64,000 nt of DNA from a virus (IMGVR_UViG_3300028887_000070:128001-192000); one strand, 5' to 3'; positions 50,201 through 60,852 are shown, counted from the stretch's first letter. Made by a program: numbers and translations. The notes: a model not told the origin generated them from the letters alone.

Positions 50201-51649
50201 TTAGCTAGTAGCATTTGTATTCTGAGGCTTACTGTCAGTATTCTGATCAGGAGCAGTTGTAGTGCCGATCCATGTTCTTACATGTGCTCTGATTACGTCG
50301 AAGTAGTCTCTACGAGTATCAGAGAGTGAGTTCAGAGCAGCGCCCATACAGAGAGATCTAGTATTGCCCCATGCTCTTATCATTGAAAGAGCATAGTCTT
50401 CATACTTTGCAAGGTTCTCATCAGATACACCTTTCTCCTTCATATTAGCTGCTGTCTGTTTACTCTGACCTCCAGCAACGCCTTTCATATGATTGGAATC
50501 AGACTTAATATCCGAAGCTGTTTCTGATCCTTCTTTTCTGTTAGCTTTATTAGCTGTATCGAGAGACTTGTTGTCTTTCTGGCTATATGAAGAATCTCCA
50601 GCATTGATCTTCGAATCTGTATTCTTGCTATTTCCAGCATCAATCTGTACACCGTCTTCGTTTATAACTCTACCGTATACATATGAGTATGCTTCCTGCG
50701 TAGCTTCTGCTTCAGCCTTAGCATCTTTCAGTTCTTTACCAAGTTCTGAACTAGGATTATCGGTGGCTGCGTCTGCTTTTGCTTTTGTGACATCAGCAGA
50801 AGAAACACCTTTGAGGGTTTTGCTCACGGCATCGTAGCCCTTCTTATATGCGGACTCGATGCCGCTCATTCCGTTATCAAAAGCATCCTTGATCTTCTTT
50901 AACTTCTCTACAGTAGCATCATACTTGTAGAGGAAGTTATACATATGCTCCATATGAGCACCTTCGAGATCGGATCCAGAATACTCATCGATCTCTTCTC
51001 CGCCGTTAAGCCAGTTACGAATCCTACCAGCGAATCCAGCTATATCATCAGGATCAACGAAGCTCTTTACATTGGTTATACCAATAGCTGTAGCAACTTG
51101 CGTTTGCTGAGATATTGTGAACGTATCTACTGCAGCATTGCCTGCTTTTGTAAGATCCCCTCCAGTAGGAGTGTTAGTCTTATCTGTACCAGCTATCTTA
51201 CCAAGTTCAGCTTCTATCTTCTCAAGATCGCTAAGATCTGGAACTTTAGAGAACACATCTTTAACTTTGCTGACTAATGTGTCAAAGTTCTTCTGACCCT
51301 CGAAGTGATCCTGCATCTTGACAGATTTAAGAGTACACTTCTTCTCGAAGATTATATTCGCATACTGCTTAAGATAAGCAATGTTATCTCCTGCCCAAGC
51401 CTGAAGACTCTCGAGGAACTTCTGATAGATCTTTGCGAAGAAGGACTTGATTCTAGCCCATACCTTCTTGAACTTGTCACCGAGTGCACCTTCATTGAAA
51501 ATAGCCATCTCCTCGATAGCCTTTCTCTTATCAGTACCAGAGAGGATTACACACTCGTTAACATATCTTGTCATGTCAGCCTGCTGAAGCTCAAGATCTA
51601 AGAGATAGTACTCGTTAGCTATTATATCAGTATATCTACTTTCATACAT
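50201..51649 (-). CDS. Putative internal head protein, paralog 4
   Basis: Acidic propeptide, then NEG..DKFKKVWARIKSFFAKIYQKF shared with three neighbours. Confidence 0.65.
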   Translation of the reverse strand: MYESRYTDIIANEYYLLDLELQQADMTRYVNECVILSGTDKRKAIEEMAIFNEGALGDKFKKVWARIKSFFAKIYQKFLESLQAWAGDNIAYLKQYANIIFEKKCTLKSVKMQDHFEGQKNFDTLVSKVKDVFSKVPDLSDLEKIEAELGKIAGTDKTNTPTGGDLTKAGNAAVDTFTISQQTQVATAIGITNVKSFVDPDDIAGFAGRIRNWLNGGEEIDEYSGSDLEGAHMEHMYNFLYKYDATVEKLKKIKDAFDNGMSGIESAYKKGYDAVSKTLKGVSSADVTKAKADAATDNPSSELGKELKDAKAEAEATQEAYSYVYGRVINEDGVQIDAGNSKNTDSKINAGDSSYSQKDNKSLDTANKANRKEGSETASDIKSDSNHMKGVAGGQSKQTAANMKEKGVSDENLAKYEDYALSMIRAWGNTRSLCMGAALNSLSDTRRDYFDVIRAHVRTWIGTTTAPDQNTDSKPQNTNATS

Positions 51650-51666
51650 AGTCTTATCCTCCCTTC

Positions 51667-52899
51667 TTATATAGTATCTGCTTTATGACCCTTGATCTTT
51701 GAGAGGGCCTTGTACAGAATAGCCTTATCCTGATTGAAGCAGTCCTTAGCAGCAGTCAGCTTAGCAGAGAATGCAATGCCGTGGATATTGCTCATCTGGT
51801 TTACCTGAGCAGCACGAGCTCTGAGGAATGACTCGATAAGTGCCTTCTGCTCAGCAGCAGTAGCTTTAGTCTTAGTACCATCAGGTCCATTTGCGAGAGT
51901 CTCTTCGTACTTTTTCTCGTCATCATATCCATCCATGCCGAGATGTGTCTTCTGAGCATCAACATATGAAGCATGAGAACCGCTGTAGTCTGTGATCTTG
52001 AATGAATCCTTAGACAGTTTGTATGACTTCTCGAAGTATCTCTCGAGAGCACCATACTCCTTGTCGATATCATTTCTTGTCTTCTCGACAGACTTCTTGA
52101 GCTTCTCATAACCATCGAATCTCATATAAGCAGCACTTACTTCAGATGAAGTGATAGTAAACTTACTCTTATCTTTAGAGTCATCTCTGAACTTGAGGAA
52201 GCACTCTTCATCAAACTGACTTGCAGGGATATCATTCTGATCTCCAAGAACCTTACCTCTGAAAGTATCAAAGAAATCTTCTTTATTATCCTCGAAAGCA
52301 TCATACTTACTCTTGAGTACATCGTAATTGAGTTTGCCACTACCGAATGCTCCTGCAAGAGTATCGTTAGTACTATCCATATCAAGACCCAAAGTAGTGA
52401 TTACAGGAACATTACCGCCATCATAAAGGTTGGTGAACTTATATCCCTCGAACTCGAACTCGTCTTCAGTTTTGAACTTGGAAAACTCATTCTTGTTCTT
52501 CTTAAGATATCCTTCAGCCTTGAACATACTGTTCATCTTAGCAATGAACTTGTTAAAGATCTTCTTGATCCAAGCAAGGAACTTCTTGATGATCTCTTTG
52601 ACCTTGCCAAAGAAGTCACCAAAGCCTTCATGAATCACTTCAGGTGAGTCACAGCTTTCCATGATAGTCTTGTAAAGCTGCTTAGAAGCATCGAAGTATG
52701 AACGGTTATAGTCTGAGAGGAATGCATAACACTCAGACATATAGTCGTAAGAAGCTTCTGCTTCTGCAGTAGTCAGGTTGTCTATAGCTAAAGCACTTGA
52801 GAATGCATGCTCGTGAATAGTAGTGTCTCCAGAAGCCTCTGAATGGGATCTCTTAGGAGCACTAGACAGAGCAGCAAAGTCAACTTTGAAAAGTGACAT
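51667..52899 (-). CDS. Putative internal head protein, paralog 3
   Basis: HEGFGDFFGKVKEIIKKFLAWIKKIFNKFIAK; FEFEGYKFT. Confidence 0.65.
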   Translation of the reverse strand: MSLFKVDFAALSSAPKRSHSEASGDTTIHEHAFSSALAIDNLTTAEAEASYDYMSECYAFLSDYNRSYFDASKQLYKTIMESCDSPEVIHEGFGDFFGKVKEIIKKFLAWIKKIFNKFIAKMNSMFKAEGYLKKNKNEFSKFKTEDEFEFEGYKFTNLYDGGNVPVITTLGLDMDSTNDTLAGAFGSGKLNYDVLKSKYDAFEDNKEDFFDTFRGKVLGDQNDIPASQFDEECFLKFRDDSKDKSKFTITSSEVSAAYMRFDGYEKLKKSVEKTRNDIDKEYGALERYFEKSYKLSKDSFKITDYSGSHASYVDAQKTHLGMDGYDDEKKYEETLANGPDGTKTKATAAEQKALIESFLRARAAQVNQMSNIHGIAFSAKLTAAKDCFNQDKAILYKALSKIKGHKADTI

Positions 52900-53017
52900 A
52901 GACTTCTCTCCTTTCGTATGTATTACTATAAAGTTAAGACAAAGAAATCGGGAGGGTCTATTGGCCCTCCCGACTCTATATGTGCTTGTGTATAATCGTG
53001 ATGTAGATCAGAGCCGA

Positions 53018-54235
53018 TTACTTGAGAACGATGCTGTCGAAGTAGTTAGCTGTTTCAGCAACTCCCTCATAGTCATCATCGTAGTCATATGACTCGTTTG
53101 TCATCTTCTTACCGCCGCCGATAACCTTAACCATGATAGCCTTAGCCTGACGCTTTCTGTCAGTGATAGCCTGGAGGTAGATACCGTTAGCCTGTGTGAA
53201 GCAATTAGAAGCGAACTTGAGCTCATCCATAGCAGATACAACAAGTGCGAGAACATTTGAAAGGTTGTTTGAACCCTTTGTTTTCTCTGCACCGCTCTTG
53301 CCCTTTATGTCTTCACCAGACTGAGCCTTGCTGAGCTTCTTTTCAGCTGTCTCAAGCTTTCTGACTGTATCATTGTAACCCTTTGTGAAGTGATCACAAA
53401 TTTTCTGAGCAGCCTTCTTGAACTTCTCAGAATCCTTTACATCTGACACAATATCAGAAACAGTAAGATCCTTCTTTTCGATGGATTCCTTCTCTGATTC
53501 GCCGTTTCTGAAAGCTTCGAAGATTTCCTTAGAGAACTCTGAAGCTGTAAGAGGCTGATCAGCCACAACTTTAGTTGAAAGCTTATCAGTGATCTTATTA
53601 GCAACGAATCCACGGATAGCCTCTTCCTTGTCTTCCTTGTTATCTCTTATGGTATCGACAGCCTTCTTGAGATCAGCATCATCGGCATCAAGGATAGTAT
53701 TTATGTCTGCATCGAGAGCACTCTGGATAAGATTATTGTTAGCAACTGCTCTTTTAACTGCCTCGTCAGCAGCAGCAGATCTTTCGAGACCAACGTTATC
53801 AAGCTTTACAGTGAACTTATAACCCTTGAACTCGAAGTCGCTCTTAACCTTGCTCCACTTGAGTGAGAATTCCTTCTGATACTTCTGTACGAATGAATTA
53901 TCGCTTGAAGCCATAGAAGAAAGCTTAGCAATGAATGTATGAAGGAGCTGACGAATCTTCTCGATAAGCTTCTTGAAGAATTCCTTGATCTTGCTGAGCA
54001 CACCAGACACACCGCTTGCCTCATAGATAACCTCTTCGCCGTTCTGAGCGAAGTAGTTTACCTCGTTAAGGCCGATAGCCTTCATGATAGAGATATAGTT
54101 CTGCTCGTTCTCTGCTACCATAGCAAGAGAGAGCTCTTCGTATGTAGCAGTCTCACCGCACTCTGCGAAGAGGTCTCTAGGAGTGAAGCTACCATCATCT
54201 ACATATGAAGAATTGAAGTTAGAATAGATTCCCAT
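53018..54235 (-). CDS. Putative internal head protein, paralog 2
   Basis: Start MGIYSN after AAGGAGG; YEASG..SKIKEFFKKLIEKI; FEFKGYKFT; tail NESYDY. Confidence 0.65.
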   Translation of the reverse strand: MGIYSNFNSSYVDDGSFTPRDLFAECGETATYEELSLAMVAENEQNYISIMKAIGLNEVNYFAQNGEEVIYEASGVSGVLSKIKEFFKKLIEKIRQLLHTFIAKLSSMASSDNSFVQKYQKEFSLKWSKVKSDFEFKGYKFTVKLDNVGLERSAAADEAVKRAVANNNLIQSALDADINTILDADDADLKKAVDTIRDNKEDKEEAIRGFVANKITDKLSTKVVADQPLTASEFSKEIFEAFRNGESEKESIEKKDLTVSDIVSDVKDSEKFKKAAQKICDHFTKGYNDTVRKLETAEKKLSKAQSGEDIKGKSGAEKTKGSNNLSNVLALVVSAMDELKFASNCFTQANGIYLQAITDRKRQAKAIMVKVIGGGKKMTNESYDYDDDYEGVAETANYFDSIVLK

Positions 54236-54254
54236 AATGTGTGTCCTCCTTTCC

Positions 54255-55520
54255 TTAGCATATAGCCTGGAGATCTGACAGAGTATCATACTCTACAGCC
54301 TCTCCGATTGCTGTGTAGTAATCATAAGACTCGTTCTTGTGGTCTACAGAAGCGTAAGCAGCTGCAGAAGAGAATACACGACGAGCCTGTGTGATAGCGA
54401 ACTTATAAGCGCCAAGACGAGCTGCAGTAAGCTTGTTGATTACAGCCTGCTCAGCGTTAGCATAACGCTGCCAGAATCCAGCAAGACGCTCAACTATCTC
54501 AATTGAATCTGCAGTTTTAGCCGTAGTACCAGCTGAGGTAGCTGTATCACGTACAGTTGATGCGGAGCCTTTGAACTTATCTGATTCTTTACCACCGCCT
54601 ACAACTGTCTTGTGGGGTTTATATTCATCAGGTGACTTTGTACCAGTCTTGCCGTTAAGTCTGTTGTTTGAGAGAGCCTTAGAAACGTTCTCAGCTTCCT
54701 TGTTGATCTGCTTGATGATCTTTTCGATAGTGCTCTCCATATTTGCGTTGCACTTCTTGATCTTCTCTTCGTTCTTTGTAGCATCCTTGAGAAGATCGCC
54801 GATGTAACTGTGAAGAATCTCACCAGAAGACCAGTCATCCTTAACTTCCTCATCGTCAAATACGATGTCCATGAACTCCTTACCGATATCATTGATATCG
54901 CCGCCGTTTATAGCGTTCTTGAGATCATCTGAGAGAGATGCAGATACTACTGCGCTGTAGATATCATCCTGATCGATGTCTGAATCTTTCTTAACTATAT
55001 CCGATACATTGATATCGCCTACTTTACCGCCAGTAGTCTGATTAAACCAGTAGCAGTCACGATATTTGTAAGTACCCTTGTCGTTGATATAACCAACAAC
55101 GTCAGCACCAGAGCCCTTGAAAGGTCTTACCTTTGCCTTGAAGTTCTTCCAGTTGCTGTTCTTTGAGATAACAGGGCCGTACTTCTTGTGAAGTGCTGCG
55201 CTGTCTGCGAATACGCCGCTGATCTTTGCGATGAATGATTTGAAGATACCCTTGATCTTAGCGAGAAGCTTTGTGAAGATCTCCTTGAGCTTGCTCCAGA
55301 TTTCCTTGGCACCTTCGTTGATAACTTCGTAACCCTCGTTTACAGCAGCGATCTCAGCCATGTCGCTGTGAATAGCTGACTCAAAGAGTGCGAAGTCGTT
55401 CTGATAACCTTCGATAAGAGCCATTGCACAACCAGTTACACAGTTGTATGACTCGTTAGCAGCTACATCTACGTTGTAGTCGCCTAAATTATCGTATCTA
55501 GTATTTGAATAGATACCCAT
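54255..55520 (-). CDS. Putative internal head protein, paralog 1
   Basis: MGIYSN start; NEGAKEIWSKLKEIFTKLLAKIKGIF; tail NESYDY; late promoter at 55607-55618. Confidence 0.65.
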   Translation of the reverse strand: MGIYSNTRYDNLGDYNVDVAANESYNCVTGCAMALIEGYQNDFALFESAIHSDMAEIAAVNEGYEVINEGAKEIWSKLKEIFTKLLAKIKGIFKSFIAKISGVFADSAALHKKYGPVISKNSNWKNFKAKVRPFKGSGADVVGYINDKGTYKYRDCYWFNQTTGGKVGDINVSDIVKKDSDIDQDDIYSAVVSASLSDDLKNAINGGDINDIGKEFMDIVFDDEEVKDDWSSGEILHSYIGDLLKDATKNEEKIKKCNANMESTIEKIIKQINKEAENVSKALSNNRLNGKTGTKSPDEYKPHKTVVGGGKESDKFKGSASTVRDTATSAGTTAKTADSIEIVERLAGFWQRYANAEQAVINKLTAARLGAYKFAITQARRVFSSAAAYASVDHKNESYDYYTAIGEAVEYDTLSDLQAIC

Positions 55521-55606
55521 AAATGGTTTCCTCCTTTGTATAGTATTCTTTACCTAATGGTATATTAGTAAGGTCTCTATGGTCTTAATGATAAGACCGT
55601 AAGATT

Positions 55607-55618
55607 TACTAATATGTT
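55607..55618 (-). promoter_or_regulatory. Late promoter AACA-N6-TA
   Basis: Reverse complement AACA tattag TA. Confidence 0.7.
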
Positions 55619-55633
55619 GGTCTGCCCAGTCGC

Positions 55634-57697
55634 TTAGAACAGGGCAGATGAGGCGGAGTCAGGAAGTTCATCAAGAACTTCTTTGGTTTGGTACTTCTTG
55701 TTTTCCTTGGTAAGTTCTTTGGTTGCTTTGACTTCGGACTGCTTAACTTCTATAGCGATGTGAGATGAAATCCTACGGAAGCGTTCAGCAATCTTCATCT
55801 GCTTTGTAGAGATGCTCTTCTTCTGCTCATTGTTGAGATCAGGACGAGAGTGCTCTACGTTATATGCATTTATCTGAAGCATGTCAGCCTGCATATCGAA
55901 GTATTCTGATATCCTTACTCTATTGTAGTAGAACAGGAATATCACTTCTCTGAGTATAGGCACAATAGCAAAGAGGATAGCAATCACACCGAGAGCTGAT
56001 CCTGCTACTGTAAGCTCACCCATGAAGTTCTTAGAGTTGGACTTGATTACATACTCCATAGCGTTTGTAACCTGTCCCTTATCGTAAGCCTGATTGAACT
56101 TCTCAAGAGTCTCAAAGACCATATGATCCTTAGTCTTAACAAGAGCAGACTTATCGATAGTAGCTTGGAATGTGTCTGTACCTGGAAGCTTTATATACTG
56201 TACACACATGGAGATGAGATATGATGTACTCTCTATAATGCTCAGGACGATTGAGTTGTAGAACACGATTGGGAGTTCTACATTGAGGGCATATGCTCTC
56301 TTCCAGATCGATGTAGAATCGATGATGTTAGAGATAGCTGTCCTTATAGTATCAACAGGCTTAGTGTCCTGCTTATACTCGAGAAGAAGATTCTTCATTG
56401 TGTCGAGAGAGTCCATAAGACGGAGATAGTTAGAGAGCTTAGTGATATCACCCTTAGTAGATGGTATCTCTCCAAAATCTACATCGTCAACCCTTTCAAC
56501 TACATTATCGTATAGTTTTGAAGTTAAAGAGACAAGTACCTTAGTTTGGTCATCTTCATTAACTGCAAGGAGAATCTTACGTGTTTCGCGGTCATTGAGA
56601 TCAAAGTACTCTGTGATCGCTTTGCTGTACTCAGGTGTTCTATACACTGAGCGGAAGTCGAAGTCTTCCTTCTTAACTTTCTTGCTGATCTTCTGATACT
56701 CAGTATCGAGAGCTTTGTTGTAACCCTTCTTTATCTTAGTACCAGTACGAGTAGTATCTATAGCATCGCCGACAATCTTGCCAGCAGCACCACCGATAGC
56801 ACCGCCTACAGAAGCACCAACTGATCCACCAATCATGGCTCCACCAACTGATCCTCCAGCAGTACCGAGTGCACCCATTACTGCTCCTGCAGGATGACGG
56901 ATAGCATCTCTCGCATCTTCAGCAGACTGGTATACATATCTCTTACCATGGAATACGACACCCTGGCCGAACTCCATAGTCTTCTCTTCACCCTTCTTTA
57001 TAGGACGAAGGATTGCTTTGCCGACTTTGAGCATACCATTCTTCAGAAGAACAGGCTTGTCTGCTTCAGTGAGAACTATATTACCCTCTGTATCGAGAGC
57101 ATGGAACTCTTCTGAAGTGTACTCTTTTCTGTCCTTCTTCTGTCCTCTCTTAGCGCCTTTATCAGCCCATCTACCGCCAAGAAGAACTGCACCAGTTACA
57201 CCACCGATCTTCTCTCCAGCAGCACCACCAATAGTTCCGCCAATAGCAGTACCTAAAGCACCACCTATAACGCCACCACCGATAGCTCCAGCAAGAGCTT
57301 TACCTCCAGTGTTAGGACCGCTGATAAGGATATATTTATCCCCATCTACATCGATAATTACATCAGAGTTTGCTTTCATGAAGTCTTTATCTGATGTCTT
57401 CTTCTTAGAGAGTCTCTGGAATGTATAGCCGTCTTTAGTTATCATCTCAGCTTCAAGGAGTGAACCTTGAGTAGACTTACCTGTCTCTTCGTTAGTGATG
57501 GTGTAACCCTCTTTGGTTATATGGAGTGTTCTCTTGGACTTCTTAAGGTTTTCCTTAACGTTGTTCTTGAGTTTCTCCTTACCCTCACCGATCTTAGCAC
57601 CGAGCTCGTCGATGTTGTCTGATACTGTTTGAGCAACAGACTTGTCTTTAGACTCATTGAGTACTCTAGCAAGCTGTTCGTTAGAATAGATAGCCAT
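55634..57697 (-). CDS. Putative virion protein with two glycine-zipper modules in the N-terminal half
   Basis: MAIYSN start; GAIGGGVIGGALGTAIGGTIGGAAG and GGSVGGAMIGGSVGASVGGAIGGAAG; located in the structural operon. Confidence 0.65.
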   Translation of the reverse strand: MAIYSNEQLARVLNESKDKSVAQTVSDNIDELGAKIGEGKEKLKNNVKENLKKSKRTLHITKEGYTITNEETGKSTQGSLLEAEMITKDGYTFQRLSKKKTSDKDFMKANSDVIIDVDGDKYILISGPNTGGKALAGAIGGGVIGGALGTAIGGTIGGAAGEKIGGVTGAVLLGGRWADKGAKRGQKKDRKEYTSEEFHALDTEGNIVLTEADKPVLLKNGMLKVGKAILRPIKKGEEKTMEFGQGVVFHGKRYVYQSAEDARDAIRHPAGAVMGALGTAGGSVGGAMIGGSVGASVGGAIGGAAGKIVGDAIDTTRTGTKIKKGYNKALDTEYQKISKKVKKEDFDFRSVYRTPEYSKAITEYFDLNDRETRKILLAVNEDDQTKVLVSLTSKLYDNVVERVDDVDFGEIPSTKGDITKLSNYLRLMDSLDTMKNLLLEYKQDTKPVDTIRTAISNIIDSTSIWKRAYALNVELPIVFYNSIVLSIIESTSYLISMCVQYIKLPGTDTFQATIDKSALVKTKDHMVFETLEKFNQAYDKGQVTNAMEYVIKSNSKNFMGELTVAGSALGVIAILFAIVPILREVIFLFYYNRVRISEYFDMQADMLQINAYNVEHSRPDLNNEQKKSISTKQMKIAERFRRISSHIAIEVKQSEVKATKELTKENKKYQTKEVLDELPDSASSALF

Positions 57698-57712
57698 ATG
57701 GATTACACCTCC

Positions 57713-59002
57713 TTATCGAGAAACTTTGGTAAGAAGATTTACCATCTTCTTATACGTATTGTCAGAGGCTTCTCTCTCCATGTTGGAGAATGTAAGTCTC
57801 TCGTAGTTGTCATCGCCACTGTCGTAGAGGAACGAAGCAGTTTCTACTGCTTCATTGAGCACGATGATAGTGATGAAGTTGTAAGCATCAAGAATCTTTC
57901 TAGCAGTCGATACGTTCATAATATCGATACCAGTTGATTCCTTCATTGTCTTAGCAACGTTGTCCGAGATACAGAGAGCAGTGATAGCAGTAGCATCATT
58001 GTACTGCTTAAGATTGCGTCTGAACTTAGACTTTGCAGCTCTTCTCTCAAGAACCTTCCAGAGCTTGCTGGATGTAGCGTCCTTGCCGTAAGAAAGAGCA
58101 TCGAGCTTAGCCTTATCAACTGCGAACATGAAGTCACGGAAGAAAGCTATCTCATTAGTTGTAGCTCTGATGAAGCTGTTGAGTACATTTCTGTCCTGTA
58201 CCTTAGAAGTAATACGGTTGATGATATCGCCTGTAGATACAGGATATACCTTAACCTTTACACCTATAGTACAAGTCTGAGTGTAGGTTTCACCGTTCTC
58301 AGACTTACCGATGAAGTTAACTACCATCATAGTCGGCATGAGCTCGTTAGCTTTCTTATACTCAGAGTTAAGCATACGCTTAGTCTCTATATCTGTATAG
58401 TCGAGAACTCTCTTAGCTCTAGCCTCTGCATCCTGGTTAGGACCCTCCATAACTACCATATCTTTCATTCCAGTTTTATAACCAGGAACGATCTTGTAGT
58501 CTGAGATTGCCGACTCATTGATATCGTCGGGAAGTGTATAGTTTGATTCCTTGAGATCCTCAAGTACAGCGTTGATAAGATTCTTGTCTATCTTAAGTGT
58601 ACTTGCATTCTCGTCGAACTTGAGCACGAGTCTGTCGAGAGCATCTGAATAGTCATCGAGTGTAGCATCAAGAGTTCCAAGATTGCTATGGAACTTTCTT
58701 ACATAGTCATACACATCTTCATTCTCTCCAACACAGATAGCGGTGAAAAGAACGTGCAGCATAGCAGCGCACTTCTTCTCATGAGCCTTAGCAGCCATAG
58801 CTACTGATTCAGGGTCGAGGTCAGCTGAAGCCAGCATAGGGAATGTTAATATGAGATCTTTTGTAGCAGATGCAACCGACTTGAATGAACGACGGTTGAT
58901 ATTGCTCAGATAGAACTGAACTTCATCATAGTCCTTCATGCTTGTCACGATGTCTACGATATCTCTCACTACAGATTCGTGAAAGTATTCTCTACCGTTC
59001 AA
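57713..59002 (-). CDS. Putative virion structural protein
   Basis: 429 aa, TTG start after AAGGAGGT; late promoter at 59030-59041. Confidence 0.65.
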   Translation of the reverse strand: MNGREYFHESVVRDIVDIVTSMKDYDEVQFYLSNINRRSFKSVASATKDLILTFPMLASADLDPESVAMAAKAHEKKCAAMLHVLFTAICVGENEDVYDYVRKFHSNLGTLDATLDDYSDALDRLVLKFDENASTLKIDKNLINAVLEDLKESNYTLPDDINESAISDYKIVPGYKTGMKDMVVMEGPNQDAEARAKRVLDYTDIETKRMLNSEYKKANELMPTMMVVNFIGKSENGETYTQTCTIGVKVKVYPVSTGDIINRITSKVQDRNVLNSFIRATTNEIAFFRDFMFAVDKAKLDALSYGKDATSSKLWKVLERRAAKSKFRRNLKQYNDATAITALCISDNVAKTMKESTGIDIMNVSTARKILDAYNFITIIVLNEAVETASFLYDSGDDNYERLTFSNMEREASDNTYKKMVNLLTKVSR

Positions 59003-59029
59003 GTATATTACCTCCTTGCCTAGTATTTT

Positions 59030-59041
59030 TATAGTGATGTT
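59030..59041 (-). promoter_or_regulatory. Late promoter AACA-N6-TA
   Basis: Reverse complement AACA tcacta TA. Confidence 0.7.
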
Positions 59042-59114
59042 TCATTGGTTTAGCGTATCAGACCAAAAAAGAAACAGATGGGGACGTCCCATCTGTTCCT
59101 TATCATCGAAAGAG

Positions 59115-59447
59115 TTAGAGCTCTACTACCACTTCACCACTAGACATAGTTCTGATTGTATTATAGTTGGTCTCATTGGTTGGCTTTCTCTCGATGACTT
59201 GGAAGAGTTGCTTCTGCTCTATTGCATCTACTCGACTGCTGAGATTACACAACTCTTCTCTTATGATTCTTATATCTGATTGTATAGCTAGTAGAGCTCT
59301 CTCTACTGTTGGATCTGAATTACCATTGCCTACTCCTCTTAAAGCCTCACTAAGGTGGCTAGCCATAGAAGCAAACATTGCATCGTTTTGTCTTTGCTGA
59401 ACTTCTTCGTAGTAGTTAGCTAATAACTGTTCGTCTTTTCCATTCAT
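59115..59447 (-). CDS. Hypothetical coiled-coil protein
   Basis: 110 aa, GGAGG RBS, own terminator. Confidence 0.65.
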   Translation of the reverse strand: MNGKDEQLLANYYEEVQQRQNDAMFASMASHLSEALRGVGNGNSDPTVERALLAIQSDIRIIREELCNLSSRVDAIEQKQLFQVIERKPTNETNYNTIRTMSSGEVVVEL

Positions 59448-59568
59448 GATGAAAACCTCCGTTCGTTAGTTGATTGTAATTGACGTATGTTTGAACGTGG
59501 AGATTCATCATATGAATCGTACATAGACACTCCTATACTATACAACTGAGAACAAAATTGGAGGGTGG

Positions 59569-59580
59569 AACATCTCTATA
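59569..59580 (+). promoter_or_regulatory. Late promoter AACA-N6-TA
   Basis: AACA tctcta TA. Confidence 0.75.
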
Positions 59581-59607
59581 ATTGATCCCAAGAAAGGAGG
59601 ATTACGC

Positions 59608-60852
59608 ATGGCAGATAGCATGTTCGATAATAGTAATGTGCCTGGTCCTAACTCCGATCCAGACTATACTAACTCCCAGAGAATGAACAACACTGGAAAC
59701 AATTCAGACAAGGTAGCTGCTAGTACAATAGATACTATAGCAACTGCTGCAAATAGTCTTATGTCTCATAAGGATAGAATGTGGAGAGATACTCTTGAAG
59801 GAAGATCTATCCCATTTGATGCTAAGGCGTTCGATATTGATGAAGCCACTATGCAGTCTATCATCAACAGTGCCAATATTAAGTCTCCAGAACAGCTCAA
59901 CAATCTGAGGTTCAATAGCTTTGCTAGATACGGAGTTCTGGATATAGCTCATAACCATTCTGGTTCTAGAGAGTATCTGTTCTTCACTAAGCCAGATCTT
60001 CATATCTTTAGTACTAATGGCTTTGAGATCAACAAGCAGCTTAAGGATGTCACATTCTTCAAGAATGCTATAGAACAGTATCCTATGAGTCTATTAGCAT
60101 TACAGCAGACTTTGAAGAGAGGTAATGGTCTCTATCCTCACCATTTCGATCCAGCATCTAAGTTCATACCTCTTCTTTCGAACCATGTAACTAGTTCTCT
60201 CGATCTCCCCGCAATAGCAGCTACAGAGACAGAGAACAACACTTCACTCTTCCAAGTGAAGACAACTTATAGAGATAGCTCAGAACAGTCAGATTTTGGA
60301 TTCGACTTCTCTCTTGAGTTCTGGGATACTCGATATCTTGATGTGTACATGTTGTTCAAGGCATATGATGAGTACTGTAGACAAGAGTTCTACAGGAACA
60401 TTACACCGCCTAAACTCTCATACATTACAGATAGGGTAAACTGTAAGCAGTTCTCTATCTATAAGCTCATAGTAGACGAAACAAACACTATCATCTTCTA
60501 TGGTAAGGCTACTGGAGTGTATCCTATGGGTGTACCAAGAGAAGCTATGAGTAACTTCGATGGTACTATCAAGATCACTGTTCCGATGAAAGCTCAGTTT
60601 GTTTCTGATATGGATCCTATCATACTCGATGAGTTGAATCGTATAACACGAATGTCGTATTATGATGGCAATAGTGGTGGTACAGGAATCACTTCTGGAA
60701 TCATGCCATTGTATAATCGCTATACTGGAACTGCAGATACAAGATGGGGAGGATTCCCATACATTGTTAAGGATAAGGGCGCTGCCAGAAAGGGAGCACC
60801 TGATGGAGAACAGTTCTATAGACTTACATGGATCTATAACTATAACAGCTAA
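59608..60852 (+). CDS. Tail-tube-fold/baseplate structural protein
   Basis: YLFFTKPDL, F.LEF.D, GVYPMGVP pattern; late promoter; precedes the wedge gene. Confidence 0.6.
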   Translation: MADSMFDNSNVPGPNSDPDYTNSQRMNNTGNNSDKVAASTIDTIATAANSLMSHKDRMWRDTLEGRSIPFDAKAFDIDEATMQSIINSANIKSPEQLNNLRFNSFARYGVLDIAHNHSGSREYLFFTKPDLHIFSTNGFEINKQLKDVTFFKNAIEQYPMSLLALQQTLKRGNGLYPHHFDPASKFIPLLSNHVTSSLDLPAIAATETENNTSLFQVKTTYRDSSEQSDFGFDFSLEFWDTRYLDVYMLFKAYDEYCRQEFYRNITPPKLSYITDRVNCKQFSIYKLIVDETNTIIFYGKATGVYPMGVPREAMSNFDGTIKITVPMKAQFVSDMDPIILDELNRITRMSYYDGNSGGTGITSGIMPLYNRYTGTADTRWGGFPYIVKDKGAARKGAPDGEQFYRLTWIYNYNS

